Assembly (NCBI GenBank): GCA_029564595.1
Contig: JAKQPS010000157.1
Coordinates: 1-64,000 of the forward strand
Length of the DNA: 64,000 nt
Reading direction: 5' to 3'
Origin: a bacterium
Lineage (GTDB): Bacteria > UBP15 > UBA6099
Under the pieces are notes generated by a model. The model did no database searches. It saw nothing but the letters and a program-made list of their open reading frames with translations, and was not told where the DNA came from. Position 1 is the stretch's first letter. Each line of letters begins with the position of its first letter. Shown one piece after another: positions 28,717 to 38,455 of the stretch. The translations under genes were made by a program, and so were the position numbers.

Positions 28717-30102
28717 ATGGAAATGGCGGTAGGGATTGCTCTCTTCGGAGTGTTTCTGGCTTTCGCGGCGCTGATGTATCTGGGAAAACTGCCCGCGCTG
28801 ATAGCGTTGCCGCTGATGGCAGCCACGCTGTACATTGTGGGCGGAGCTTTCTACCACGGCCTTTCATTCAGCTATCCCGGCTCGAACGCCGTCGTTCTGG
28901 CGAGGGAATTTTTCAGAGTGGTGATAGAAGAAGGAATGCCGAGGCTGTGGCCGGTGGTGATAACGGTCGTGCTCGGAGCGGCGCTAGCCGAACTGCTCAA
29001 GTCGAGCGGAGCGACCACGACCATAATCAGGTGGGCGTCCGAACTGGGCGGAGATAATAAGATTGTTTCATGCGTGCTGCTGACCGGCGTGACGGCGCTG
29101 TTATTCTCGTCATTGGTGGGGCTCGGAGCGGTCATTATGGTGGCGTCGATAATGCTGCCGATTCTCATGAGCATCGGCGTGACTCCCGCAGTCGCAGGCT
29201 CTCTGTTCCTGTTCGGGATGAGCCTCGGCGGAGCGTTGAACCCGGTCAACTGGAAGTTTTACACAGAGATAATGACGGCAAGCTCGACAGTGAGCGCGAT
29301 CGACGCTCAGAATCAGTTGATAGGTTTTATTCTGCCTTTCATGATCCCGTTCACGCTGGTTGTTCTGGGATTTATAATTCTGCACGGAAGGAAAGGCCAC
29401 ACGTCGTTCTGGGCGGTTGCGCCGGGTGGCGGCGCGGCGGCGGGCGAATCTGGGCGAGCTGGAATTCTGGCTGTTCTCACGCCGCTTGTTCCTCTCTCTC
29501 TCGTTCTGGGATTCAACATTGCCAGCCGGTTGAGAGGCGGCGCAGGATACGCGTTCCCGATAAACACGGCGCTGCTTGCGGGAATGCTGTACTGCCTGAT
29601 CGTGTCCGGCAGAGGTCCGAACGGAAGGATTCAGAGGCTGACGAAAGCGGTGTTCGACGGGATAACAGGCGTCGCTCCCGTGGTGGCGCTAATCATTGGG
29701 ATAGGCATGGTGATACGCGTTGTGTGGGACCCGGCGGTAGGCACATACATGGAGCCTGTGATGAGGCGGATAGCGCCGAGCGCGCCGGTTCTATACGTGA
29801 TTGTTTTCACCGCGCTCGCGCCGTTGGCTTTGTACCGGGGGCCTTTGAACGTGTGGGGCATGGGAATAGGGATAGCGGCGATAATGATTTCCACCGGCGC
29901 GCTGCCGCCGATGGCGGTGGTCGCCGCGTTCTATTCGGTGGGGATGATTCAGGGCGTGAGCGACCCGACCAACACTCACAATGTCTGGATCGCGGGTTTT
30001 CTGGGAGAGGACGTTCAGATTTTCACCCGGAAAACGCTGGCATGGACATGGGGGTTGGCCGTGGCGGGCCTTGCCATTTCGGCGTTTATGTTCCTGAGAT
30101 AG
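28717..30102 (+). CDS. Polytopic membrane permease (GntP/DcuC/IT-superfamily-like)
   Basis: 461 aa, about 12 predicted TM segments, Gly/Ala-rich helices. Family assignment is tentative. Confidence 0.4.
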   Translation: MEMAVGIALFGVFLAFAALMYLGKLPALIALPLMAATLYIVGGAFYHGLSFSYPGSNAVVLAREFFRVVIEEGMPRLWPVVITVVLGAALAELLKSSGATTTIIRWASELGGDNKIVSCVLLTGVTALLFSSLVGLGAVIMVASIMLPILMSIGVTPAVAGSLFLFGMSLGGALNPVNWKFYTEIMTASSTVSAIDAQNQLIGFILPFMIPFTLVVLGFIILHGRKGHTSFWAVAPGGGAAAGESGRAGILAVLTPLVPLSLVLGFNIASRLRGGAGYAFPINTALLAGMLYCLIVSGRGPNGRIQRLTKAVFDGITGVAPVVALIIGIGMVIRVVWDPAVGTYMEPVMRRIAPSAPVLYVIVFTALAPLALYRGPLNVWGMGIGIAAIMISTGALPPMAVVAAFYSVGMIQGVSDPTNTHNVWIAGFLGEDVQIFTRKTLAWTWGLAVAGLAISAFMFLR

Positions 30103-30160
30103 CGCGCGATATTTGAGGCCGCGCGCGCGGGACGGAAGCCGGAAAGAATATAATAAGAAT

Positions 30161-33100
30161 ATGCCTGACAAGAAGCCCACATACGAAGAGTTGGAGCGGC
30201 AGGTCGCCGAGTTGCGCGCGCGGTTGGAATCGTTCCCCGACAACTCTTCATATCTGCCTCCGACAAGTATGTCAGGGCGAATCGACTCGGCTGCTTTCCG
30301 AGAAATCGCTGAAAACATTCCTGTTCTGATGATTGAAATTGACACGCAGGGTAGAGTGGCATACGCGAACACCGCCGTTCTGGAGATGTACGGTTACACG
30401 AGGGCCGATTTGGGAAAACACGTGACCGAGTTCGTGCCGGTTGCGGATGTGAAAATGGAGCTTGACACTCTCGCAAGAGGGATGGCGGGAAAACAGGACA
30501 TAATCGTTTCAAGAATCAAGACGGCCTCCGGAGAAATCCGGCATGTTATAAACAATTCGTTCCCGACATATGAAAACGGAAAGCAGTCCGGAATCACTGT
30601 GTTCGGAATAGATATAACGAGGCAGAAAGAGGCGGTGGATGCGCTTAGGGAGAGCGAGGACAGATACAAGGCGCTGTTCGAACAGTCTCTGGACGCTGTA
30701 TATGTTTCATCCAAGGAAGGCATCGTGCTGGAGGCTAATCAGGCGGCGTTTTCGATGCTGGGATATCAAAAAGAAGAAATTATCAATAAGAGCGTCCTGA
30801 AAACGTATGTGGATGAAAGGGATCGGGAGCCGTTTCAGAAACTTCTAGAAACTCGCGGTTCGGTCAGGAATTACGACGTCAAACTAAAGCATAAAAGCGG
30901 GCGCGAAATAGACTGCAAAGTGACGGCGACCGCGCGCAGAGGGCCTGACGGTTCGGTCATCGGGTATCAGGGAATAATCAGGGACATGACCGAACAGATG
31001 AAGATGGAAAACGCTCTCAGGGAGAGAGAGGAGTGTTTCAGGCTTATAGTCGAGACGATGTACGACGGCATAACAGTGATAGATGAAAAGGGAGCCATGA
31101 CGTACGCGAACAACCGCGCTCTGGAAATGCTCGGATACGAGCGTGGCGAGGTCATAGGAAAGCCTATAACCAATTTCCTAGACTCGAAAAATGTGGCCCT
31201 TTTCAAAAACCAATTCTCAAGGAGAAAACTCGGCGAGGGCGGAAAATACGAGTTGACGTTCACCCGGTCTGACGGGTCGCCTCTGCATTCGCTCGTGTCG
31301 GCCAACCCTCTTTTCGACGCTCAAGGCGGTTTCTCCGGAAGCTTCGCGGTAATCACCGATATAACCGAGCGAAGAAGAGCAGAGGAACAACTGCTCAGCC
31401 ATCACGAAAGGCTTGAGGAGACGGTGAAGGAACGCACGGCGGAATTCAGCGAAGTGATAGAGGAGTTGAGGAAGGAAATCTCGAACCGGCGGCGAATGGA
31501 GGAAGAATTAAGAGACTCTAGAGACCGTCTGAAGACGACTCTTGAGGCTATGCCGGACATATTGTTTGAAGTGAATCTCGAAGGGCGAATAGTAGGCTAT
31601 CACGCATCCAGTGTGGACAAGCTCTACGCGCCGCCCGATGCTTTTATCGGAAAAAAAGCAACAGACGTGCTGCCTCCGGAAGCCGCGGAGGCGCTGAACA
31701 AGGCGGTCAACAAAACATTCGAGACGGGCGAGAAATCAGCCGCGACGTATTCTCTGCCATATGCGGACGGAGAGATGTATTTCGAGGCAATACACTCGCT
31801 GAAAGGCGATTTGAAATCGCCGAACAGGACGGTCATATCGGTCGTGCGCGATATTACGCAGCGCCGCCGCGCCGAGCAGTCGCTCCGGGAGTCAGAACTG
31901 AGGTACAGGCTCACGATGGACTCTATGGCCGACGCGATTCATGTCGTAGACAGAAATTTCAACATCGTTCTTTTTAACAAAACCATGAAGGAATGGAACG
32001 CGCGAAGCGGTTTGCCGACGGACATCGCGGGCCGGAGCATTTTCGATGTTTTTTCTTTCCTCGACGATTCCATCCGCGAAGAATACGAATCGGTTTTCAC
32101 CAGCGGCAATATGATGCTTTCCGAAGAGATCAACGAAATAGACGGGGAAACGATAATAACGGAGACTCGCAAGATACCGATATTCGAAAAAGACGCCGTC
32201 GCCAGAGTTGTGACGGTGATGAGAGACGTGACGACGCGAAGGCGGGCGGAAGAAGCGATGCGCTACAACTTCGACTTCCAGAGCGTGGTCATGGACATAT
32301 CGGCGGGATTTGTAGGAGTGGGCGCGGACAATCTGGACGCCGCTCTGAACGACGCGCTGAAAAGGCTGGGCGAGTTTCTGCAGGTCGACCGCAGTTACTT
32401 GTTTCGCGTTTCAGAGGACGGATTGTTTGTCGACAACACACATGAATGGTGCGCGGAGGGAATCAGTTCAGAGATTGAGAACAGCAAGAATATTCCCCTT
32501 GACAGCATGATGTGGCTCAAGCCGAAATTCATCAGCGGGGAAACGATAGCGATAGACGATGTAACCGAGCTTCCTGATGAGGCGGCCGTTGAAAAGAGGC
32601 TTTTCGATGCCCAGAGCATCAAGTCGCTGATAATATTCCCGCTGTATTCCAATGAAAAATTATCGGGTTTCATGGGGCTTGATTCAGTCAAGACGAAGAG
32701 GCGGTGGAAGCGAGACCACAGCGCGTTGCTATCGGTCGCGGCGGAGATATTTGCCAACGCGTTTATGAGGCATCAAGCGGAAACTGCGCTCAAACGGAGC
32801 GAACAAAGACTGGACGCCATCATAAGCAACACGCCGAACGTGGCGGTAGAGGGATACGATGTAGAGGGCCGGGTTATTTATTGGAACAACGCGGCGGAAT
32901 CGGTTTTCGGGTGGTCCGCCGAGGAGATGATAGGTAGAACTCTAGAAGGAGCGACGCTCGACTTGGTGGCAACCGAGGCTTTTCACATTCTGCTTAAGGA
33001 GATGAATGAAAGCAACCTTCCTTCAGGCCCGTCCGAATGGATTTGCAACAGGAAAGACGGCTCCAGCGTCGTAGTGTATTCTATGATATTTCCAATAGAC

Positions 33101-34636
33101 GTAGGGGACGGAAACAAAGAGTTCATCTGTATGGACGTGGACATAACCGGCATGAAAGAAGCCGAAGAGGCTCTCAGGGAGAGCGAGGAGAGATACCGGA
33201 CTCTGGCGGAAGCCGCCGAAGACTTCATTTTTATAGTCGATCGAGACGATATCGTCAGGTACACGAACAGTTTCGCCGCGCGTCAACTCGGCATGACGCC
33301 GGAACAGACAATAGGAGTTTCAAGAGCGAAGTTGTTCGGCTCGCCGGACGCCGACAGGCAGAAAATGAGTCTCAACAAAGTTTTTGAATCCGGAGAATCG
33401 TTTTACATAGAAACTGTGACGCAGTTCCCGGACCGGGAGTTCTGGCTGGGTTCGAGGCTTGTCCCGATCAAGGCCCCCGACGGGCGGGTGTCCTCCGTGC
33501 TGGGCATATCGCGAGACATTACGGACAGGAAGAGGATCGAACAGGAAAAGATTAACTTCCTCAGTTCGATATCTCACGAGCTTAGGACGCCGCTTTCGCT
33601 GATACTAGGATACAGCGAGATGCTGCTCAAGGAGGAGCTGCCGCACGCCGCAAAGAAGAAAATCAAGACCATCAATGACAGGGGCCGCCAGCAGCTCAAA
33701 CTTGTCGAGGAGCTTATAACGCTGGATGCGTTCGAGAGCGGAACGACGACCTACGACATGGCGGAGATTAATATATACAACTTCCTAGAAGCGAGGCTAA
33801 ACGAGACTCGCCTGATGATAGAGAGCATCGTGCGTCGCAGGTTCAGAACGTCGGAATACTCCTTCAAGAAGGATGTGTCCGAATCGCTGAAAGGCGTCAT
33901 CGTCAAATGCGACGAAGGCAGAATTCGGCAGACTCTGGACAACCTAATAGAAAACGCGGTGAAGTATTCGACGCCGGAGAGGCTGGAGTTCGCCGTGTCG
34001 GCGACCCGCGAGGACGGTTTCGTGGAGATAAGCGTTTCGGACCGAGGAATCGGAATCGCGTCCGCTGACCTGAAGAACATTTTCAAGCCTTTCTTCCAAG
34101 TCAGAAAAGGCTCGCATCCTGTTTCGGACGGAGTGGGAAAGGGTCTAAGCATAGTCAAGGAGTTCATCGAGGCGCACGGAGGCCGGATAAAAGTCGAATC
34201 GGTTCCCGGAGAAGGCTCGACGTTCTCGTTCACTATTCCGATCCTGAAGACGGTGGAGCATGTGGAATCGCGCAGGGTGAACAGGATTTTGGTTGTGGAC
34301 GATGACGGCGACCTGCTGGACTTGGTGAAGACGATGCTGCTTTCCGAAGGATTCGACGTTGCGGTGGCGTCGAATGAAACAGAGTTGTTCGAGGAGATGG
34401 CGGCTTTTGATCCGCAGCTTGTGATGCTGGACGTGCAGTTGCCGGGGCTAAGCGGCGCGGAACTTTGCGAAAAGATAAAGTGCGGCCCGGCTCCGGCTCC
34501 CATGGTGTTCCTGTTCAGCGCGATGCCGCGCGCCCGGATCGAGGCTCTCGCTCGCGAGATCGGAGCGGACGGCGCGGTTTCGAAACCCATCAATATCGAC
34601 TCATTCATTGAAACCCTAGAAAAACTCAATCAGTGA
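30161..34636 (+). CDS. Multi-PAS hybrid sensor histidine kinase with C-terminal receiver domain
   Basis: Multiple PAS-like blocks (repeated ...ITERRRAEE / ITQRRRAEQ linkers), HisKA ISHELRTPLS, HATPase (NLIENAVKYS, GVGKGLSIV), and receiver ILVVDDDGDLL...MLDVQLPGLSG. The ATG at 30161 is preferred over the upstream ORF-track start. Confidence 0.85.
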   Translation: MPDKKPTYEELERQVAELRARLESFPDNSSYLPPTSMSGRIDSAAFREIAENIPVLMIEIDTQGRVAYANTAVLEMYGYTRADLGKHVTEFVPVADVKMELDTLARGMAGKQDIIVSRIKTASGEIRHVINNSFPTYENGKQSGITVFGIDITRQKEAVDALRESEDRYKALFEQSLDAVYVSSKEGIVLEANQAAFSMLGYQKEEIINKSVLKTYVDERDREPFQKLLETRGSVRNYDVKLKHKSGREIDCKVTATARRGPDGSVIGYQGIIRDMTEQMKMENALREREECFRLIVETMYDGITVIDEKGAMTYANNRALEMLGYERGEVIGKPITNFLDSKNVALFKNQFSRRKLGEGGKYELTFTRSDGSPLHSLVSANPLFDAQGGFSGSFAVITDITERRRAEEQLLSHHERLEETVKERTAEFSEVIEELRKEISNRRRMEEELRDSRDRLKTTLEAMPDILFEVNLEGRIVGYHASSVDKLYAPPDAFIGKKATDVLPPEAAEALNKAVNKTFETGEKSAATYSLPYADGEMYFEAIHSLKGDLKSPNRTVISVVRDITQRRRAEQSLRESELRYRLTMDSMADAIHVVDRNFNIVLFNKTMKEWNARSGLPTDIAGRSIFDVFSFLDDSIREEYESVFTSGNMMLSEEINEIDGETIITETRKIPIFEKDAVARVVTVMRDVTTRRRAEEAMRYNFDFQSVVMDISAGFVGVGADNLDAALNDALKRLGEFLQVDRSYLFRVSEDGLFVDNTHEWCAEGISSEIENSKNIPLDSMMWLKPKFISGETIAIDDVTELPDEAAVEKRLFDAQSIKSLIIFPLYSNEKLSGFMGLDSVKTKRRWKRDHSALLSVAAEIFANAFMRHQAETALKRSEQRLDAIISNTPNVAVEGYDVEGRVIYWNNAAESVFGWSAEEMIGRTLEGATLDLVATEAFHILLKEMNESNLPSGPSEWICNRKDGSSVVVYSMIFPIDVGDGNKEFICMDVDITGMKEAEEALRESEERYRTLAEAAEDFIFIVDRDDIVRYTNSFAARQLGMTPEQTIGVSRAKLFGSPDADRQKMSLNKVFESGESFYIETVTQFPDREFWLGSRLVPIKAPDGRVSSVLGISRDITDRKRIEQEKINFLSSISHELRTPLSLILGYSEMLLKEELPHAAKKKIKTINDRGRQQLKLVEELITLDAFESGTTTYDMAEINIYNFLEARLNETRLMIESIVRRRFRTSEYSFKKDVSESLKGVIVKCDEGRIRQTLDNLIENAVKYSTPERLEFAVSATREDGFVEISVSDRGIGIASADLKNIFKPFFQVRKGSHPVSDGVGKGLSIVKEFIEAHGGRIKVESVPGEGSTFSFTIPILKTVEHVESRRVNRILVVDDDGDLLDLVKTMLLSEGFDVAVASNETELFEEMAAFDPQLVMLDVQLPGLSGAELCEKIKCGPAPAPMVFLFSAMPRARIEALAREIGADGAVSKPINIDSFIETLEKLNQ

Positions 34637-34696
34637 CGCGCCGCGCCCGGGCGTCATCGTTTGACACATAAATATCGAACTCCTACACTATTTGGC

Positions 34697-35305
34697 ATGA
34701 TTGCGATTGTGGACTATGGAATGGGCAATTTGCGGAGCGTGCAGAAGGCGTTCGAGCGGGTGGGCGCGGACGCGCGCGTGACCACCTCCGCCACGGATGT
34801 CCGGGACGCTTCCGGCGTGGTTCTGCCGGGCGTCGGCGCATTCGCGGCGGCAATGAAAAACTTGGAATCGCAGGGGCTTGCGGGGCTAATCGTCTCTGAA
34901 ATCAAATCCGGCAAGCCGTTCTTGGGGATATGCCTCGGACTGCAGATGCTATTTGACTACAGCGAGGAAGGGGAGCGCATCCCCGGCCTCGGCGTTTTTC
35001 CGGGCAAGGTGACGCGCTTCAGAGGCGACCTCAAAGTCCCGCACATGGGTTGGAACCAGCTTGAGTTCAGGAACAGAGGGCTGGTCGCCGAAGGAATTCC
35101 CGACGGCTCTTTTTTCTATTTCGTGCACTCGTTTCTGGTGGAGCCGGAGGATCCGTCGCTGGCGATGACGGTCACGGACTACGGCGGCGAATTCGTTTCG
35201 TCGATAATGCGCGACAATGTGTCCGCCGTGCAGTTCCACCCGGAAAAGAGCCAGAGGATGGGGATGAAGTTGCTTGAGAATTTCGGGAGGATGGCGAAGG
35301 GATGA
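34697..35305 (+). CDS. hisH: Imidazole glycerol phosphate synthase, glutamine amidotransferase subunit
   Basis: MIAIVDYGMGNLRSV...GVGAF...GICLGLQ... motifs, including the catalytic Cys in GICLG. Confidence 0.85.
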   Translation: MIAIVDYGMGNLRSVQKAFERVGADARVTTSATDVRDASGVVLPGVGAFAAAMKNLESQGLAGLIVSEIKSGKPFLGICLGLQMLFDYSEEGERIPGLGVFPGKVTRFRGDLKVPHMGWNQLEFRNRGLVAEGIPDGSFFYFVHSFLVEPEDPSLAMTVTDYGGEFVSSIMRDNVSAVQFHPEKSQRMGMKLLENFGRMAKG

Positions 35306-36033
35306 ATCTGTATCCGGCGATAGATTTGATGGACGGCAAATGCGTGCGGTTGACGCAGGGCAAGAGGGAGTTATGCACGGTTTATTCCGATAAGCCGGAG
35401 CAGATGGCGATACGATGGGCGAGGGAAGGGGCCAAGTGGCTGCATGTCATTGATCTAGACGCGGCGCTCGACCAGAAGTGCTTTTCCAACTTGGAAGCGG
35501 CAAAGGCGATATTCGAGGCGTCGCCCGGAATCAGGACGCAGGTGGGCGGGGGCGTAAGGTCGGCGGCGGACGTCGGGCGCTGGCTGAAAGAGGGCGCGTC
35601 CCGCGTCATAGTCGGCACGTCCGTTCTCGAATCGCGGGATTTTGCCAAGGGGCTTTTTTCCGAGTTCGGCGAATCGGTCGCTGTGTCCATAGATTCGAAG
35701 GGCGGCAAAGTGGCTCTCAGGGGCTGGACGGACGAATCTGAAATAGAAACGATTGAAGCGTGCCTCAGGATGCGAGACGACGGCGCGAAACTCATCATAC
35801 TTACAGACATCGTGCGCGACGGGATGCTGACGGAGCCGAATTTCGACATGATGTCGCAGGCGGCGGACGCTCTGGAAATCCCGGTGGTGTGCGCGGGCGG
35901 AGTGTCGTTGGTGGAGCACGTAGAGCGGCTCGCCTCGCTTGAAAAATCGAATCTTGACGGGGCGGTGATCGGCCGCGCGCTGTACACCGGCGACTTCGAT
36001 CTCAAGGCCGCCGTCGAAAGGTTCCCGCAGTAG
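35302..36033 (+). CDS. hisA: ProFAR isomerase
   Basis: [17 protein letters not shown] start and a (beta/alpha)8 pattern, located between hisH and hisF. Confidence 0.85.
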   Translation: MNLYPAIDLMDGKCVRLTQGKRELCTVYSDKPEQMAIRWAREGAKWLHVIDLDAALDQKCFSNLEAAKAIFEASPGIRTQVGGGVRSAADVGRWLKEGASRVIVGTSVLESRDFAKGLFSEFGESVAVSIDSKGGKVALRGWTDESEIETIEACLRMRDDGAKLIILTDIVRDGMLTEPNFDMMSQAADALEIPVVCAGGVSLVEHVERLASLEKSNLDGAVIGRALYTGDFDLKAAVERFPQ

Positions 36034-36050
36034 GCGGCGCGGAGGGCGTT

Positions 36051-36806
36051 TTGCTTGCCAAAAGGATAATACCCTGCTTGGATGTCGATAGCGGTCGCGT
36101 CGTCAAAGGCGTGAACTTCGTGAACCTTGTGGATGCCGGAGACCCGGTCGAGCAGGCTAAAAAATACGAGGAAGCTGAAGCGGATGAACTGGTCTTTCTG
36201 GACATCACCGCCTCTTCGGACAAGCGTCACATAATGCTGGACGTCGTCAGGCGGGTGGCGGAGACGGTATTTATCCCGTTCACTGTCGGCGGCGGCATAA
36301 CGGAAGTCGCCACGATCCGGCAACTGCTTAGCGCGGGCGCGGACAAGGTGTCGCTCAACACGGCGGCCGTACTGAACCCCAGTCTGATAAACGAGTCCTC
36401 CGAGATTTTCGGAGCGCAGTGCATAGTGGTCGCGATAGACGCGAAGCGCGAGGGCGACGGGTGGGTGGTTTACACTCACGGCGGCAGGAAACCGACCGAG
36501 ATAGACGCGGTGGGCTGGGCGGTAGAGGCGGAGAGGCGGGGCGCGGGCGAAATCCTGCTCACCAGCATGAACCGCGACGGCACGAAAATCGGTTATGACA
36601 ACGAGTTGAATCTCGCCATCTCCTCCGCGGTGAGAATCCCCGTGATAGCGTCAGGCGGCGCGGGCGAACTTTCTCACCTCTATGACGCGATACATGAAGG
36701 CAAGACAGACGCCGTATTGGTCGCTTCTCTGTTCCACTACGGGATTTTCACCATCAGGCAGGCAAAGGAATATCTGCGGGACAGGGGAATAGCGATGAGG
36801 CTGTGA
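36051..36806 (+). CDS. hisF: Imidazole glycerol phosphate synthase cyclase subunit
   Basis: [21 protein letters not shown]...[11 protein letters not shown]...VGGGI. Confidence 0.9.
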   Translation: MLAKRIIPCLDVDSGRVVKGVNFVNLVDAGDPVEQAKKYEEAEADELVFLDITASSDKRHIMLDVVRRVAETVFIPFTVGGGITEVATIRQLLSAGADKVSLNTAAVLNPSLINESSEIFGAQCIVVAIDAKREGDGWVVYTHGGRKPTEIDAVGWAVEAERRGAGEILLTSMNRDGTKIGYDNELNLAISSAVRIPVIASGGAGELSHLYDAIHEGKTDAVLVASLFHYGIFTIRQAKEYLRDRGIAMRL

Positions 36807-36836
36807 CCTCATTGCGCCAAGAGAGAAGGTTTAGAC

Positions 36837-37151
36837 ATGGATTTGAAATTCGATGAAAAAGGGCTTATCCCGGCGATAGTGCAGGATGAAAAAAGCGGGG
36901 ATGTCCTTATGCTGGCGTACATGAACGAGGAGTCTGTGAGAAGGACTCTTGAGACGGGCACGACATGGTTCTGGAGCCGTTCGCGGAGCGAGTTCTGGAA
37001 CAAAGGGGCGACCTCGGGCAATTTTCAGAAAGTGAAAAAGGTGATGTACGACTGCGACTCCGACGCGCTTCTGGTGATAGTTGAGCAGAGCGGCGAGGGG
37101 GCCTGCCACACAGGAGCATGGTCCTGCTTTTTCAGGGAGTTGAAAGGCTGA
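36837..37151 (+). CDS. hisI: Phosphoribosyl-AMP cyclohydrolase (stand-alone HisI, no HisE domain)
   Basis: GLIPAIVQD...MLAYMNEES...[24 protein letters not shown]...DCDSDALL...GACHTG. Confidence 0.85.
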   Translation: MDLKFDEKGLIPAIVQDEKSGDVLMLAYMNEESVRRTLETGTTWFWSRSRSEFWNKGATSGNFQKVKKVMYDCDSDALLVIVEQSGEGACHTGAWSCFFRELKG

Positions 37152-37156
37152 GCTTC

Positions 37157-38455
37157 ATGGCGGAGACAGGCCCTCCCAAATTTTTCATTAAAACATTCGG
37201 TTGCCAGATGAACATGGACGACTCGGCGTCGCTCGCGCGGATGTTGCGCTCGATGGGCATGGCGGAGGCGGCGACGCCCGACGAGGCCGCGCTGGTTCAC
37301 GTCAACACGTGCAGCGTGCGGCGCAAAGCCGAGGAGAAGATGTTGAGTTTCATAGGCGTGTTGCGCAATCGCAAAAGAACTGGCGGCGCGCCCGTCGTCG
37401 TCGGCGTGGGCGGATGCTCCGCCGAACTGGCCGACATCCGCGCGGAAATTCGCGACGTGGACTACGTCATCGGGGCGGGAAGGCCGCAGGACTATGAGGA
37501 AATCATCAGGGAAGCGGTGGTCGAAAACTTTCCCGGCTTGGCGGCGGGAACGGCTCCGTTTGCGTCCGGCCCGGCGTCCGCTTTCCAGACGGTAGTGCGC
37601 GGCTGCTCGAATTTCTGCTCGTACTGCGTGGTTCCATACGCGCGCGGCGCGGAATCCAGCCTGACTCCGGCTCAAGTTAGAGCGGAAGCCGCGATAAAGG
37701 CGGAGGAAGGCGCGCGGGAAATCATACTTCTAGGCCAAAACGTGCTCGCTTACGGGCTGGACTTATCGCCGAAAGTTTCCCTTCTCGACGCCATATCCGC
37801 CGTCCACGATCTGCCGGGGATAACAAGGATAAGGTTTGTAACGTCGCACCCGAAATGGGTGACGGAGGAGTTTCTGCGCGGACTGTCGGCGCTGCCGAAA
37901 GCGTGCGGCCATTTCCACGCGCCGTTCCAGAGCGGCGATGACGAGATACTCAGGAGGATGAGGCGCGGATACGACGCCGCGTATTATCTCGAAATGATAG
38001 AAATGATAAGAAGTCACTCGCCGGGCTGCGGCATATCGGCGGACGCGATAGTCGGGTATCCCGGAGAGACGGAAGAGCAGTTTGAGCGGACGCTTGAGCT
38101 GGCGGCGCGCGCGCGCGTGGACCAGTTGTACGCGTTCAAATATTCGCCGCGTCCGGGGACCGCCGCCGCCGGGCAGGCCGACGATGTGCCGCTCGAAGCC
38201 AAGAAGTCGCGGCTTGCGCGGTTGCTGGATTTGCAGGAAAATATATCGAGGGAAATCAACGAAAGCCTTGTCGGCGGGATCGCTGAAACGATGGTCTTCG
38301 AGTCTCTGGGCGGAGAGCGGCGGCGGGGGCGGACGCGGGAGAACAGGATAGTGGATTTCACTATGCGCGAAGGCGTTAAGGCCGAGCCGGGAGACGAGTT
38401 GCTTGTCAGCATCGCGGGAGCGTCTCCGCACGCCCTGAAAGGAGAGGCCGTATGA
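37157..38455 (+). CDS. Radical-SAM methylthiotransferase, MiaB/RimO family
   Basis: N-terminal MTTase domain FFIKTFGCQMN, radical SAM CSNFCSYC, and a C-terminal TRAM-like region. Precedes mutS. Annotated MiaB-like. Confidence 0.75.
   Translation: MAETGPPKFFIKTFGCQMNMDDSASLARMLRSMGMAEAATPDEAALVHVNTCSVRRKAEEKMLSFIGVLRNRKRTGGAPVVVGVGGCSAELADIRAEIRDVDYVIGAGRPQDYEEIIREAVVENFPGLAAGTAPFASGPASAFQTVVRGCSNFCSYCVVPYARGAESSLTPAQVRAEAAIKAEEGAREIILLGQNVLAYGLDLSPKVSLLDAISAVHDLPGITRIRFVTSHPKWVTEEFLRGLSALPKACGHFHAPFQSGDDEILRRMRRGYDAAYYLEMIEMIRSHSPGCGISADAIVGYPGETEEQFERTLELAARARVDQLYAFKYSPRPGTAAAGQADDVPLEAKKSRLARLLDLQENISREINESLVGGIAETMVFESLGGERRRGRTRENRIVDFTMREGVKAEPGDELLVSIAGASPHALKGEAV

Noticed and set aside
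29070-30116. 348-aa Arg-rich + strand ORF in an alternate frame
   Set aside because: Nested in the alternate frame of the 12-TM permease gene, whose hydrophobic periodicity is convincing. The Arg-rich product is typical of an off-frame GC-rich translation.
35382-36479. 365-aa minus-strand ORF
   Set aside because: Antisense to hisA/hisF, which carry canonical motifs. No recognisable domain.
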